From Octopus bimaculoides (Eukaryota): DNA of 43,813 nt. Under the pieces are notes generated by a model that was given only the letters and a program-made list of their open reading frames with translations, searched no databases and was not told where the DNA came from. The stretch is taken from positions 40,909,997-40,953,809 of the forward strand of contig NC_068991.1 of the NCBI RefSeq assembly GCF_001194135.2, in the 5' to 3' direction. The translations under genes and the position numbers were made by a program. Shown here piece after piece: positions 12,651 through 24,591 of this stretch (the first letter of the stretch is position 1; each line of letters opens with the position of its first letter).

Positions 12651-12890
12651 CTCACAGCTCAAAATTACATACAGGTATTTTTATAAATAAACAATCTTTA
12701 CAATAAAATTACATTTTTAACCACCAGAATGTAAACTACTTTCGAGGACTCAATATTGAGTGTATTTTGTAAGAAATATTCTTTCATTTGTATATGAGGG
12801 TGATATAAGCTTAATTGTTGCAGTCTTTCATCCCACTTCCTTCTCGCTCACAAAAGATCTTAAACATTGAGAAATATAATCGATAATCAC

Positions 12891-13119
12891 CTGACCAGAA
12901 TGCAAATGTCTCTTCTTCATAACTGATTTTTAGTGTTTCATACTTTTCTGTCATTTTCACTAAATTTTCTTCTAAAATTTTTTTGTTGTGAGTTGTTTCA
13001 TCCAAGACTTTCTGTTTGTAATCCAAATTTAGTTGGAGGCTGAAACATTTCCTTTCTTCTGATTGTAGCTCCTCTAGATACTTATCTCGATTTAACTGAG
13101 CTACCTCCAATTGCATTTT
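12891..13119 (-). CDS. NuMA/HOOK-like gene, exon J (KMQLEVAQLNRDKYLEELQSEERK...YEEETFAFWS)
   Basis: Acceptor cacatctttcag|AAA, donor CAG|gtgatt; 229 nt, phase 0 to 1; coiled coil. Confidence 0.88.
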
Positions 13120-13483
13120 CTGAAAGATGTGAGGTAACACAGTAACAGCACAACCCTTTCCTAAACTCTGGGTCATTTATATAAATAATTATAAATATTC
13201 ATGTAGATATGTTGACTAACAAAACAAGTATCACAATGTTTAATGCCTTGATCACTTGGATCAATGGTGCAGCTTTAATTGATACAACATCCTTAGACAT
13301 TCAACTTAACCCTACTTGTTTCACATCACTTAGATAAGAATTAGCAAGATTAGTTGCCAATTATCTTCTAATTAATAAATCTCATTTTATAAATATAGTA
13401 TCATGTACTGAGTAAAAAGAAGCCATTATGGAACATAGTTGATAATCAAAACATTAACTTAACTATTAGATATTTTTACATAC

Positions 13484-13589
13484 CATTTTCTTCATTTCAT
13501 CCAGTTCTTCATACACTTTAGCATTCTCATTTATTAATGAAGAATTTTGCAGCTTCAATGATCTTAGTTCATCACTTTGACTTTTCATT
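13484..13589 (-). CDS. NuMA/HOOK-like gene, exon I (MKSQSDELRSLKLQNSSLINENAKVYEELDEMKKM)
   Basis: Acceptor gtttttatctccag|A, donor ATG|gtatgt; 106 nt, phase 2 to 0; coiled coil. Confidence 0.9.
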
Positions 13590-13759
13590 CTGGAGATAAA
13601 AACAGAGTAAATATAGAGAAGATTACAACATAACATCTTGCGTGATGTTTTATGTTTGTATCTTTTCATTTGTTAAACCCTGTGTTTACAAGTCTATTCC
13701 AACCAGTATTACTAAACACAGAAGACACTGTTGATATTGTGATAATGGATCCGAAAAAA

Positions 13760-14753
13760 TTACGTTGTGCGGAGTTAAAAAAGAATACAACCGGCAACCA
13801 AAGATAACCAAAATATTGACTGAAACAGTAGGAAAATTCAAAGAGAAAAGGAGGTACAACAGATGGGAAAAAATGGAACTACATGGTTAATTCATACAAC
13901 TAACTGAGAATGTCATGAGTAAAGATTTCTGGCTCTGGTTGATGGACAGAAACTTAAAATGAGAGACAGAAATGCTAACTATAGCTGCTTAGGGACAAGC
14001 TCTTAGAACAAACCAGATAAAGGCAAAGACTGACAAAACCAGTTAGACAATAAATGTAGAATATGCAGGAAAGGAGATGGAAGTATCAATCACCTTTTGA
14101 GTGAGTGTAGTGAAGTAATACAAAAGGAGACATGACTGTGTAAGCAAAAGAGTGAATTGGGTTGTTAGCTAAGTGTGTGGCTTCAAAACAGAAAAGTGGT
14201 ATGAACATGAACCAGAGTTTGTGATAGAAAATGAGAATTACAGGAGTTTGTGCGATTTCCCTATAAAGATAGACATACTATTAAGACTAGAAAAATCCTC
14301 TGAGATTTCCCAAACCAAACAGATAAGGTGCTAGAGCATAACAGACCAGACCTAGTGGTGTGGACAAGGTGCACCACATATGCTATATAGTTGACATTGC
14401 ATGCCCCTTTGACTCCAAATAGTCAAGAAGGAAGATGAAAAGATAGATAGATACAACCCTATTAAGTACGAAAAAGCCCAGCTATGGGAAATGAAGAAGG
14501 TGAAGATAGTGCCAATTATTGATAGGTCCTTGAGAATAGTATCAGAAGGCATCAAGAGGAATATAAAGGAAATTGGAATAAAATGCCCAGTAGAACTGTT
14601 ACAAAAGGTTTGCCTCCTTGGCATGGTCAGAATAATCAGGGAAGTATTAGTCAACTGAAAAGAATGAATAGCATGGCACCGTAGGCTGCAGGTAGTAAGC
14701 CTGCTACACATGCAAGACTCCAAGAGCTCCAACAAAACTTGTGATAAAATGAA

Positions 14754-14812
<59 letters not shown>
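13760..14812 (+). mobile_element. R4/Dong-clade non-LTR retrotransposon 3' part (RLE domain) with (AAT)n tail
   Basis: Decayed ETE.L.IAA..QALRTN.IKAK.DK..KCRIC...INHLLSEC...RRHD..KWYEHEP..V.ENE..DF...HNRPDL..DIA.P.D..K..KI..Y..VP.I..LLG.VRIIREVL. Confidence 0.85.
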
Positions 14813-14813
<1 letters not shown>

Positions 14814-15030
14814 CTCTTCTACTAAATGCACAAGGCCTGAAATTTGGGAGGAGAGGACTAGTTGATTAAATCGACCCCAGTATACCAATGGCACTTAATT
14901 TATCAACTCCAAAAGAAAGAAAGACAAAGTTGACTTTGACAGAATTTGAACTCAGAATGTAGCAACAGGTGAAACACCACTAAGCATTTCATCCAGTGTG
15001 CTAACAATACTGTCAGCGTGCTACCTTAAC
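14813..15030 (-). mobile_element. SINE family A, CpG-decayed copy
   Basis: Aligns with 7097-7301, with CG to TG/CA changes. Confidence 0.8.
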
Positions 15031-15035
15031 AACAA

Positions 15036-15067
<32 letters not shown>

Positions 15068-15098
15068 ACAGCATCAACAACAACAACAACAACAACAA
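15028..15098. repeat. (AAC)n(AGC)n compound microsatellite
   Basis: Directly visible. Confidence 0.9.
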
Positions 15099-15633
15099 TA
15101 GTTCTCATGACTTCTGATCGTAATTGATTGGAAGTGTTATCATGTACTTGTTTTGTCTTGGTGTAAAAGATGGGCCACAGCAAATATTCTGCTCAATACC
15201 ATAGATTTGCTTTTCAGTTGCTTCACTTCACCTCAGCCAGTTAAGTATGTCCCTTGGTAGCTGACAATATGTGCATCTCTAATCATGAGCAGGAGTAGTG
15301 GAGGAGCACCATAGCCATGTGTTGAGAGGAATTCTTTGGGGCTTAAATAATTCACTCCTGGAAACATGGGTGTTGCATTTTGTTCATCATCTTTAAATAA
15401 CCCTTATTCAAGGACCTTTTGAGCAGGATGGCCTACTCAACTTGAAAAAAATTCTGGCTGGGCCCCACCTGCAAGGTCATGCACTGTTTATCTTGACATG
15501 AGGTCATCATGTCATGTACATATGGCTGTGATGCCTATGCCTGTGTATCAGACGGATAGTCATCAAGGGTATATTGGGCTTTGTATATTTGTACCCCAGT
15601 GTCACTTTGATGGCATGTGCTGCTATCTCACTC

Positions 15634-15676
<43 letters not shown>
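15099..15676 (+). repeat. Unclassified interspersed repeat ending in (AAT)n
   Basis: Non-coding block bounded by microsatellites with a retroposon-like (AAT)n tail; family not assigned. Confidence 0.45.
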
Positions 15677-15677
<1 letters not shown>

Positions 15678-15679
15678 GC

Positions 15680-16467
15680 ACACTGACATTGAACATCCAG
15701 CGATGTCAGTATGCATGTTATTAGTGTCTTGAGAGAGAAGTTGGGCATAAGAGGCATCAAATGTGGTGCACAAGAGTGACGACTGTGCTGGTATGGTCAT
15801 GTAATGCATATGGATGAGGACAGCTATGTGAAGAAGTACCAATCTCTAAAATGTGGAGGGAACCTGTGGAAATGACCCAGGAAGACATGGGATAAGGTGA
15901 TGAAACATGATCTTCAAATGTTGGGTCTCATAGAGGCAATGACAAGTGACTGAGAGCTTTGGTGATATGCTGTGCTTTAGACGACCCATCAACCCAAGTG
16001 AAATTGCAGTCATGGCCAATGCTAGTGTCACTTAACTGGCACTTAAAAACACCCTTCGAACATTAGGTGATATGCTGTGCTTGAGAAGACTTTTCAAGCC
16101 AAGTGAAATCATAGTCATGGCTGATGCTAGTGTTGCATACCTCACACATAAAAACACCCTTCAAACTTTGGGTCACATGGAGGCAGTGACAAGTGACCGA
16201 GACCTGTGACAATATACCATGCTGAAGAAGACATGTCAAGCCAAGTGAGATCATAGTTGTGGCTGATGCCAGTGTTTCATAACTGGCACATAAAAAGCAC
16301 CCACTACACTCTTGGAATGGTTGGCATTAGGAAGGGCATCCAGCTTTAGAAATCATGCCAAATCAGATTGGCAGCTCCCCAGCTTACCAGTTTTCAGTTA
16401 AACCATCCAACCCATGCCAGCATGGAAAATGGATGTTAAATGATGATAATGATGATGATGATGATGA
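15680..16467 (+). mobile_element. RTE LINE 3' end with three tandem about 120-nt subunits and (GAT)n tail
   Basis: LREKLGIRGI...RLCWYGHVMHMDEDS.VKK....EG....PRKTWDKV..DL..LGL is the RTE ORF2 C-terminus. Confidence 0.85.
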
Positions 16468-16507
16468 ATAACAACAACAGTTTATGAAATGAGTTGACTT
16501 CACATAC

Positions 16508-16625
16508 TTATCAGCAACAGCAGTTAATTTGTCATATTGATCCATAAGGTTGTTGTAGTCATCTAATTTGTTTTGCAACTTCTTCAATTCTTTAATTTGG
16601 TTATTCAGTTCTTGGATCTTGTCAT
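16508..16625 (-). CDS. NuMA/HOOK-like gene, exon H (DDKIQELNNQIKELKKLQNKLDDYNNLMDQYDKLTAVADK)
   Basis: Acceptor ctggattctttag|AT, donor TAA|gtatgt; 118 nt, phase 1 to 2; heptad pattern. Confidence 0.9.
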
Positions 16626-16949
16626 CTAAAGAATCCAGAAAGTAGAATAAAACAAAGAAATAGAAATAGGTAAAGTAAAAAAGTCTGTATACAAATAAGA
16701 AGAGAATAAGTACATGTTCAAGAGGGAGCATCTACCATAGCCTAGAACTAACCAAAGTGATATGAGTGTAATTGATTAGAGACAAAATGTGTGGAAAGCC
16801 ATTAGATTGACTGCCTAGCATTCAAAGATCAAGTCTTGTTACAAATGATTCTATTTGAGGATTAGGTTAAAGGTACAAGTGTCTGTGGAATACTCAGTCA
16901 CTAACATTATAACTCAAGTAGTTTATTTTTACTTTATTTTTTATTAGTT

Positions 16950-18050
16950 TGATCAGGAGGAAAGGATTGCATCCATGGTATTCTCAGACTCTAAAAGTGA
17001 GATAAACAGAGTTACAAGTTGATGGCAAAAGGATAATTATTGTCAGGGGCATGGCATTTCCAGATGGGTGAAATTCTCAAGGGAAATATAAAAACTAGCC
17101 ATAGTAGTTAGTGCAATGCCCAGGATAATAGACAAAATATAGGTTATGATATAAGTTATGAACAAGTGAGAAGAATAAGTTGAGAGTGCCTGAATAGAAG
17201 TAGTATGAGATCAGTTAGTACCAGGGTGCAGATGTCACCATAATGGTAACTGAAAAGCCAGAGAAAGGAACAACACAACTGTGAGCCAGAGGTCGGAGTG
17301 TGTTGTTGAGTCAACTCTATGCCAATCAGTTGGATGGCTATTTTTTTATGATACAGTCAAGAATGTCTGTATGTGTAACACTAGTACCATTCCAAATATG
17401 GAAGCAGTACTCCATTGTGGGTTTCATTTGAGCTTTGAAGAGGGTTAGTAGTTGTTAGGGCCTGAAGTATTTTCTTGCACAGAAGAGGGAGGCCAGCTTT
17501 GTGATGCAGTCTTTGCTATGTTGAGGATATTCATTCACCAAGCGAGATCATTAATGATTGCCAGGCCTAGGTTCTAAGTTGCATGTCAATAATCTTTGGA
17601 TGTGGAAGTTTAGGGAAGAATGTAGGATGGTGTCACCTGCATAGGAATGGCTATTGTTGTAGGTGAGAGCAAATAGGCTGTTGATGTAGAGGAGGAAGCG
17701 TGTAGCACACCAGAGTGGATAGAGTGTGGATCAGAGAGAGTTCTATCAGAACATGCTAAACTGAGGCACAACAACTGATTCACAAGATACACTGATTCAA
17801 CAAATGATTCACAAGATACACTTAATGTAAGAGAGTGTAAATGTGCACTCATAAGGGCAGTTTCCCAATTTCCATGCCATATAAGTAACCAAGTTCATAG
17901 ATGAAGCTAAAGGTCTGTTGAAGAATTAGACAAAAAATTCCAAACATGGAAGCAGAGACTAGAATCAAGATGTTTTGAAGTAAACCTAGTGAAGACAAAA
18001 ATTTCATTTGACAAGAAAGAAAACAGGATGTAGCTTTAGAAAGTGGCCAT
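16950..18050 (-). mobile_element. Degenerate CR1/L2-group LINE ORF2 fragment
   Basis: LLYINSL....SHSYAGDT (decayed YADD), LLTLFKAQMKPTMEYCFHIW, ILDCI.KKAIQLI. Confidence 0.7.
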
Positions 18051-18239
18051 GCTCAAAAGGAAGGGAGTGAGTAGGAAGTTCATATAGAGTACCTACACAA
18101 TGTAAACTATGGGTGCATAAGAAATGTAATGAGATCACAGGCAGGCTGTCAAAAAATAAAACACTTTACATGTAGTAGTTGTTCAGTAGCAAATAGTAAG
18201 AACATTAATGAAATAAAATTCTTGGAAATGTTTGGAGGG

Positions 18240-18680
18240 CCCCCTAAAAGTAGTGGATAGATTCTGTTATCTGGGTGACCAAATTAGATGTGGATGAGAG
18301 AGAGTTCCCAAAAGTGTAATAACCAGAGAAACAATGAGGTAGAAAATGCATCTCTGCTGGCAACAAAGGAATTCTCTCTCTGAGGGAAGGGCAAATGGTA
18401 TGATGACTGAATATGAAGTGAGGTGTTAAACAACAGCAAACATAGGACTTGAATGCATGAAGGCTAGAAAGTGATGAAGTGAGCATGGATGTATAATGCT
18501 AGTGTGTATGAATGATAGAGCATAAGTAAGCTGAAGGAAAAAAAAACTTAGCATAAGAGGAATCAAGCAAGAGAGAATATGGAATCAATATAAATATGTG
18601 TTTGAAGGACAAAAGTTGTGTGAAAAAGAGTCAAGTGATCCAAGTGGAAGGAACCTGTAGTAAAGGAAAACCAAGGAAAA
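18240..18680 (+). mobile_element. Highly degenerate RTE ORF2 fragment
   Basis: KVVDRFCYLGDQI...LLATK.FSL..KG.WYD and EGTCSKGKPRK, like the other RTE copies. Confidence 0.55.
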
Positions 18681-19052
18681 CAGGTGAATTGATGAAATCT
18701 CCCTGGATTTCTACTATATCAAAAATATCTACAAGTGTTTATGTTTGACAATCAAGAGTTTCAGATGGAAAGCTTAATGAAATTTCATATTTCTCACAAT
18801 ACACCTTTATATATTAAAACATCCATAAGTCAACATGGAAGCTGCTATGTGGTTGCTCAACCTGCTAGAAATAGCAACCAGTTCTCCATCAAAATCACCA
18901 GAAAAATGGAAGAACATATTAGACAATTTAGTCATGGATATACAAAAATACTGGAAGATAAAGTCTATAATACCTTTAAATCATGAGTCTGTTCATCAGG
19001 AGTAACCAGGAGATAAACAACATTATATATTTGGAAACATAGGGCATATTAC

Positions 19053-19176
19053 CTTTCAAAAGAATAGTTTTGTTCTTCTCTTCAAGATCATATTCCATTT
19101 CAGAGCGAAGATGCCGTTCAAGCTTCAAATTACCATTCAGTTTCCTGAGAAGCATATTTTTCTGTTCAATTTCTTC
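19053..19176 (-). CDS. NuMA/HOOK-like gene, exon G, start of coiled coil (EEIEQKNMLLRKLNGNLKLERHLRSEMEYDLEEKNKTILLK)
   Basis: Acceptor tttttgcaaattttag|GAA, donor AAG|gtaata; 124 nt, phase 0 to 1. Resembles NuMA MRRLKKQLADERSNRDELELELAENRKLLTEKD. Confidence 0.9.
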
Positions 19177-19397
19177 CTAAAATTTGCAAAAAGTTGTACA
19201 ATAAATAATTTTACAAGTTTTTCTAGTGTGTTCACAAATATCAATGGAGTCAAATGTGTTGGCATACTGATCACTAAGTCAATGGTTTGTATTTTGTCAA
19301 CTTTACTTAGTTGTAGCTAACACGAATATTTTAACTTTCCATAAACCAATGTGCTTTGATGTCATTTGACTGACTGTTAGTGTTCACAAACAATGTT

Positions 19398-19428
<31 letters not shown>

Positions 19429-19450
19429 TGTGTGTTTTGTGTCTGTGCAT

Positions 19451-21860
19451 TAGGGATACAACTTTTTTGCAACTCCATAGTCCTGTGTCATATTCTAATG
19501 AGCTTTTGCTACAAAACAATGAAAAATCAATGTTTTCTTTGTATTTGATCAAAAACGTTCACCCATGACTAACTTCGAAATTTTTATACTTGGTTGCATT
19601 TGAGTGGATTTCCAAAAACTAGAACCCTGGTTGAATAATATGAATAAAAGGGAAAAAGATCCAAAATGTTTAATCCATAACTGTTAAAAGAAATGTATTC
19701 TGCATTCCAGAACAATAAAAAGAAAGCAAGTCATATAAAGTCAAATTAGTCAATAGTCAAGATGCAGCAAGTCATTAGAGAAAATGAAATGCAATGGCAG
19801 GTTGGCTTTGTTCTTGCATGTGGTGTGTAGTTCTTGCATCACCTTAATTGCTCGTTCACATCATTGATTGCTTCTGCTGATGTTTAGTTTTGATGACTCT
19901 TGTTTCCAATAATTTGTCAAGCATTTCAAAGCAGTCTTGTAGGGTAGTAAGGCTTGAGATAGCTCTGCATAATCTTCAGCTCTATACATTTGGACTGAAC
20001 CAGTTTTCTGCCCAGTCATATGAGATGAACTGACAGACCATCTGCAATCTTTCTCTCACATGTGGCATAAGGGAAAATGCAAGAAGGGTTAAGATTGCTT
20101 GCAAATTCCATCTGGCATTACTGATGTTTGTAATTTTCTAAAATTTGATGAAAGGTAGGTCTCCATTTTCATGGCAGGACCTGAAAGCACAGGTTAAGTG
20201 GAACAGAAACTTCATATCATCTCTCTAGCCAGACATGAGTTCCGTTCTGGAAAGAGCCTTGGAGTTCTTCATAACTTGTCATGAGTTCTTTGACAAAAAA
20301 ATATTATATGTTGGGTTAGTTGCTTGCTCCTGCCAGCTCTTCATTCATAACAATGTGCAGGATTTTGTACAAGACATACTGTTAGCAACTCACGAATTGT
20401 GGTTTCTCATAGCCTTTGCTCAAGAACATTTTCTGCAGTTTAACCACTACCCTACTCTTTTGTCCTGTATTCACACTTGTCGTATCAGCAATAATCATTG
20501 AGACTGTGGCCCACAAGTGAAATTTATCCAAGATGCTTTTCAATCCTTCTGCAATAGTTTCAGCCTTGCCATCACAGCTTCAGAGCAGCCAGCTTGATTT
20601 CACTTGTTTCATTCTTGATGACAACTGTTTGATATTCATTTCCGTCAATATGTTCACCATCGATATGCAGGCTCCATTTCTGATTGCATAGTGTATCAAT
20701 CAAGTGTTTCTTCATTTCACTAGCTTTCTTGAAGAGTGTCTTGTAAATGCCTCGCTGACTAGGAGCTGGGATATCAATGCTCTCCTCTGACAACTGTTTG
20801 CAGATTTTTGCAACTTTGTTGGTGGAGACGTTTATTCCAGTTACAAGTCTCGTACCAATTGCAGATTTGTTGTGCCTTCTTGTGGAGGAATAAGTGTCAT
20901 CACTATCACTATCATTTTGATCAACTCTATCATTTTCACCATAACTGTACTCTTCAATCTCTTCTTCTTCAGAGTCACTGTCAGTAGCCAAGGCTGTTGG
21001 GTTTAATAAAGAATCAGAAGGATGGATAGTGTGCTTGCTTCAGAATCTTGGAAGGATGGATAGTGTGCTTGCTTACAGCTTTGCCTGTCAAACAGCCAGC
21101 TTTGGAGTTGGATGGAGTACAGCATTTTGTCATCAGCATTGAGCCATTCATCGTGGACCTTGGTGATATTGAACAGTTCTTCTAATGGTTCAAATTTTCC
21201 TTTCTTGGCACATTTCTCATACAAATAAAACACGTTTTCTAGCTTGGACTGTATTGCTTGCTCAGAAATGATTGGAAAATTCAGTTTATCTCGCCACAGT
21301 AGTGTCAGCTCTCTTGATAACTCTGCCACTCTCTCCTTTCTGCTTTTAATTGATTTCCCAAGAAACTGGTACCAAACCAACAATCTGCTCCTTGAGTGGC
21401 ATTCAGCTTCTGCTGGCTAGTGAGGCGGCTTCTACAAGCACATGACCTCTAGATGAATGGAACTGAAACTGCGCCAGATTTCTCTTCCATTTCTCCTTGT
21501 TCTTCTGAATAACTTCAAAGCTTTTCTTGAATGCAGAACTTGCACTGAAACCGAAACAACATGGGTGAAAGTGAAAGAAGAACTTAATTATTTGCTTCAT
21601 GACTAAGCATGATGACTCAGTAATACAATTTAATCACCACTGAAGTCCTATAAATGCTAAAAATTTGTTGAAGGCCAAGAGTGCAACCTTGCCCATATTC
21701 AAACAAGTTTTGCATAAGAATACAAACATGGATTCATGGGTGAACTTTTTTTAAAAATAGCTCAAAAGTGAGTTCACTTTAGTTACTTATGCATAAAAGC
21801 TCATCTAAATATGGTATAGGAAAGTTTTTTTGAAGAAAAAATAAAAAAGTTGTATCCCTA
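19451..21860 (-). mobile_element. hAT-superfamily (hATm-like) DNA transposon, complete ends, inactive transposase
   Basis: Perfect 18-bp TIR TAGGGATACAACTTTTTT (19451-19468 / 21843-21860) and an 8-bp TSD ctgtgcat / gtgtgcat (7 of 8 match). Confidence 0.9.
19750..21500 (-). pseudogene. Disrupted DDE transposase of the hAT element
   Basis: WSLHIDG (about 20660), ADTTSVNTG (D at 20484-20486), RDDMKFL, ISNARWN, CERAIK (E at 19855-19857). Many stops, frameshifts and a 34-bp tandem duplication at 21017-21074. Confidence 0.85.
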
Positions 21861-22344
21861 GTGTGCATGCATGTAGAGACTACCTTTGTTTTTACAATTA
21901 GCTAAAGTTATTTATACATACACACATATACGTACATATATGACATAGAAAGTGAGAATCAGTCATCTTATTAATCAGCCAATCAGCTGACAATTCATAA
22001 TTCATTAATGGTGTTATGCTGTGACCATGGCCCAAATATTTAACTCCCTTGTACACCAAGCTTGAAGTAGGTGCCATGTAGCCTATTGACTGTGTATACA
22101 TTAAGTATGATACATTGTTGGCTATTTTAATTAAATACTGCCTCCATTGCATATACCAGATTTTAAAATTCCCAGTTGCAAAGCAGAGAGTTGGGAAGAT
22201 ATAATAATTGCTGAGTATTTAGCAAGCAATAATTACTTAAGTCATATCTTTCCAAGTATAAACTAGAAGATGACCTTATACAAAAATGTACGTTTTCTGT
22301 GGTGTCCCTAGTAGCCAAAGATTTATAAAACATCAACCAACATA

Positions 22345-22565
22345 GATATATTGGCTTCAAATTTTGGCACAAGGCCAGCAATTTCAGAGGAGGGGGTAAG
22401 TCAATTACATCAACCTCACTGCTCAACTAGTACTTATTTTATCAACTTCAAAAGGATGAAAGGCAAAGTCAACCTTGGAAGAATTTGAACTCAGAACATA
22501 ATGGCATGCAATATTGCAAAGTATTTTGCCTGGCATACTAACTATTTTGCCAGCTCACCACCTTA
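22345..22565 (-). mobile_element. SINE family A, CpG-free copy
   Basis: aaaggatgaaaggcaaagtcaaccttggaagaatttgaactcagaac core. Confidence 0.8.
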
Positions 22566-22729
22566 ATCACACACACACAATATCTGGGCTCTGGTGTAAC
22601 AACTAATAATGAAATAAGAGAAACAATATTTTAAAATAGTCCTTCTGATAAAAACGTTTTAAAAGAATAACCACAAAAGAAGATACTGAATAATTGAATG
22701 GAAATAATCAGATTTACTGAAAGACTTAC

Positions 22730-22845
22730 GTTTTCCATATTAATAGATGTTAACAAAGAAATTTTCTCTTGTGATCGTGAGATGTTACCACTCCCAGAAT
22801 TTGAGTTTGATGAAGCATCATGTAGTAACTCTTCCGAACCAGAAG
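22730..22845 (-). CDS. NuMA/HOOK-like gene, exon F (ASGSEELLHDASSNSNSGSGNISRSQEKISLLTSINMEN)
   Basis: Acceptor tttttacttttttag|CT, donor AAC|gtaagt; 116 nt, phase 1 to 0. Confidence 0.88.
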
Positions 22846-23334
22846 CTAAAAAAGTAAAAACAATATATATATACATACACACACACACACACACGCGCGC
22901 ACACATACATATATATAAATGCATATGTGTGTGTGCACTTTAGAGCACAAATGTGAGGTAGAATATGCAGTACATATAGTAGATATTATATATTTCTCTA
23001 AAGATGATGCTTTCCACCACTACTCTTGAGTTTCTCTTTAATATCTGAATGAACAGAACTTGTAGTTCTGATGGAGTGAAATGTCAGAGTAAAACAAATA
23101 TGCATACATGCATATATATGGATGGATAGATGTGTGTGTGTTTGTGTGTGCATGCATGTGTGTGTGTGGCTATGAGAAACTATTCCTATAGAAAATCTAC
23201 CTCAACAAATTCTGTTTGACCCATGCAAGCTTGGAAAGATGGACAATATATATATATATATATATAAAGAGAGAGAGAGAGAGATAAACAGATAGACAGA
23301 CAGATATATATATAGATACATATTTCATCATTAT

Positions 23335-23560
23335 CATCATGATTTAATGTCTGTCTTCCATGCTGGCATAGGTTGAACATTTTGACAGGATTTGACAAGC
23401 CAAAGAACTGCATTCAGCTCCAATGCTTGCTTTGGCATGGTTCCTATGATTTGATGCTCTTCGTAATGCCAACTGCTTTAGAGAGTACACTGGGTGATTT
23501 TGACATGGTACCAGCACTTGTGAAATCACCAAGTAACTCACTAAATGAGACCCCATTAAC
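23335..23560 (-). mobile_element. Degenerate RTE-type 3' UTR
   Basis: catcattatcatcatgatttaatgtctgtcttccatgctggc... matches the RTE tail. Confidence 0.55.
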
Positions 23561-24519
23561 TGAGTAGAGCTGTTGTATTAAGAGAGGTAGCTTTATGTCA
23601 AATTTTGAGAGACTAAAGTATGATAGAGGGAGAGGAATAGGTGTCTTGCTGTACAAGAGATATACAGTTAGCCCAGCTGGAAAGAGAGAAAAGATGAGAG
23701 TGATGAGGTGTCAGGGCATACCTTCAAGGTACAAGAAGGTAATTATAAGAGAATAGGGACAGAGGATCAGGACTGGATGAACAGATAAGTTCAAGAGAGT
23801 GTAAAAGGAGAGTAAGAGATGGTTACAGATGGGGATAGATGTGAATGCAGTGGATGGTGGAGGCATGGTCAATGGTGTATCTCAGTTTGCAGAGGGAAGG
23901 TGAAAGAAAGTAGGAGTGGGTCAGGAAAGAAGTGAGAAATGATAGTACAGAAAGGGATGGAGCACTCCTCTATTTCACTTCATCTTCATTTCAGCATCCC
24001 CTTTTCCATGCTTGCATAGGTCAGATGGAATCTGTTGAGGCAGATTTTCTACAGCTGGATCCCTTCCTGTTGCCAACACTCACCTGTTTCCAAGCCAAGT
24101 AAATTTCCCTTTGGTCAGACATGTTTTTCACAGATGACTAGAAACAAAACATCACTTGTCTGACAGCGGTACTCATTTACGACCATTGTGTATACTCTTG
24201 CTTTGGCATCATATATATATATATATATATATATACATACACACACACACATAAATATAAACACGTGCACATATATGGATATATACACAACATGCTTCTT
24301 TCAGTTCCCATCTACCAAATCCACTCACAAGGCTTTGGTGCTTGTGGTTATTGTAGAAGACACTTACCAAATAGTCATATATATGTTTCAAGAATTCTGC
24401 AAACTGTATTTTGATTTGTTAAGTGTTGATAAAAAATTTTTTTTTAAAGTCTGCTAATATTTCACAGCATTAAACATCAATGATACATAATCAACTTATA
24501 GAATAAACTGTAAACCAAC

Positions 24520-24591
24520 CTGATGGAGATTGTTCAGTAGCATTCTCTTGAGAACTATTTTCAGAAGAATTCTCAGAATCAAATGTTTCCA
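24520..24591 (-). CDS. NuMA/HOOK-like gene, exon E, Ser/acidic linker (LETFDSENSSENSSQENATEQSPS)
   Basis: Acceptor tacacttttccag|TG, donor CAG|gttggt; 72 nt, symmetric phase 1-1. Confidence 0.8.

Noticed and set aside
14352-14894. 180-aa ORF with a poly-Ile run
   Set aside because: Antisense reading of the R4/Dong fragment and its (AAT)n tail.
15028-15098. PolyQ-like CAG/CAA tract
   Set aside because: It lies between repeats, is antisense to the host gene and has no exon context.
15935-16300. Spaced direct repeats resembling a CRISPR array
   Set aside because: The units are long, degenerate RTE 3' subunits in a eukaryotic genome with no cas genes.
22698-22943. Plus-strand 81-aa ORF with acidic and basic segments (EPEAKKVK)
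   Set aside because: It is the antisense of exon F, which has canonical splice sites and matching phases.
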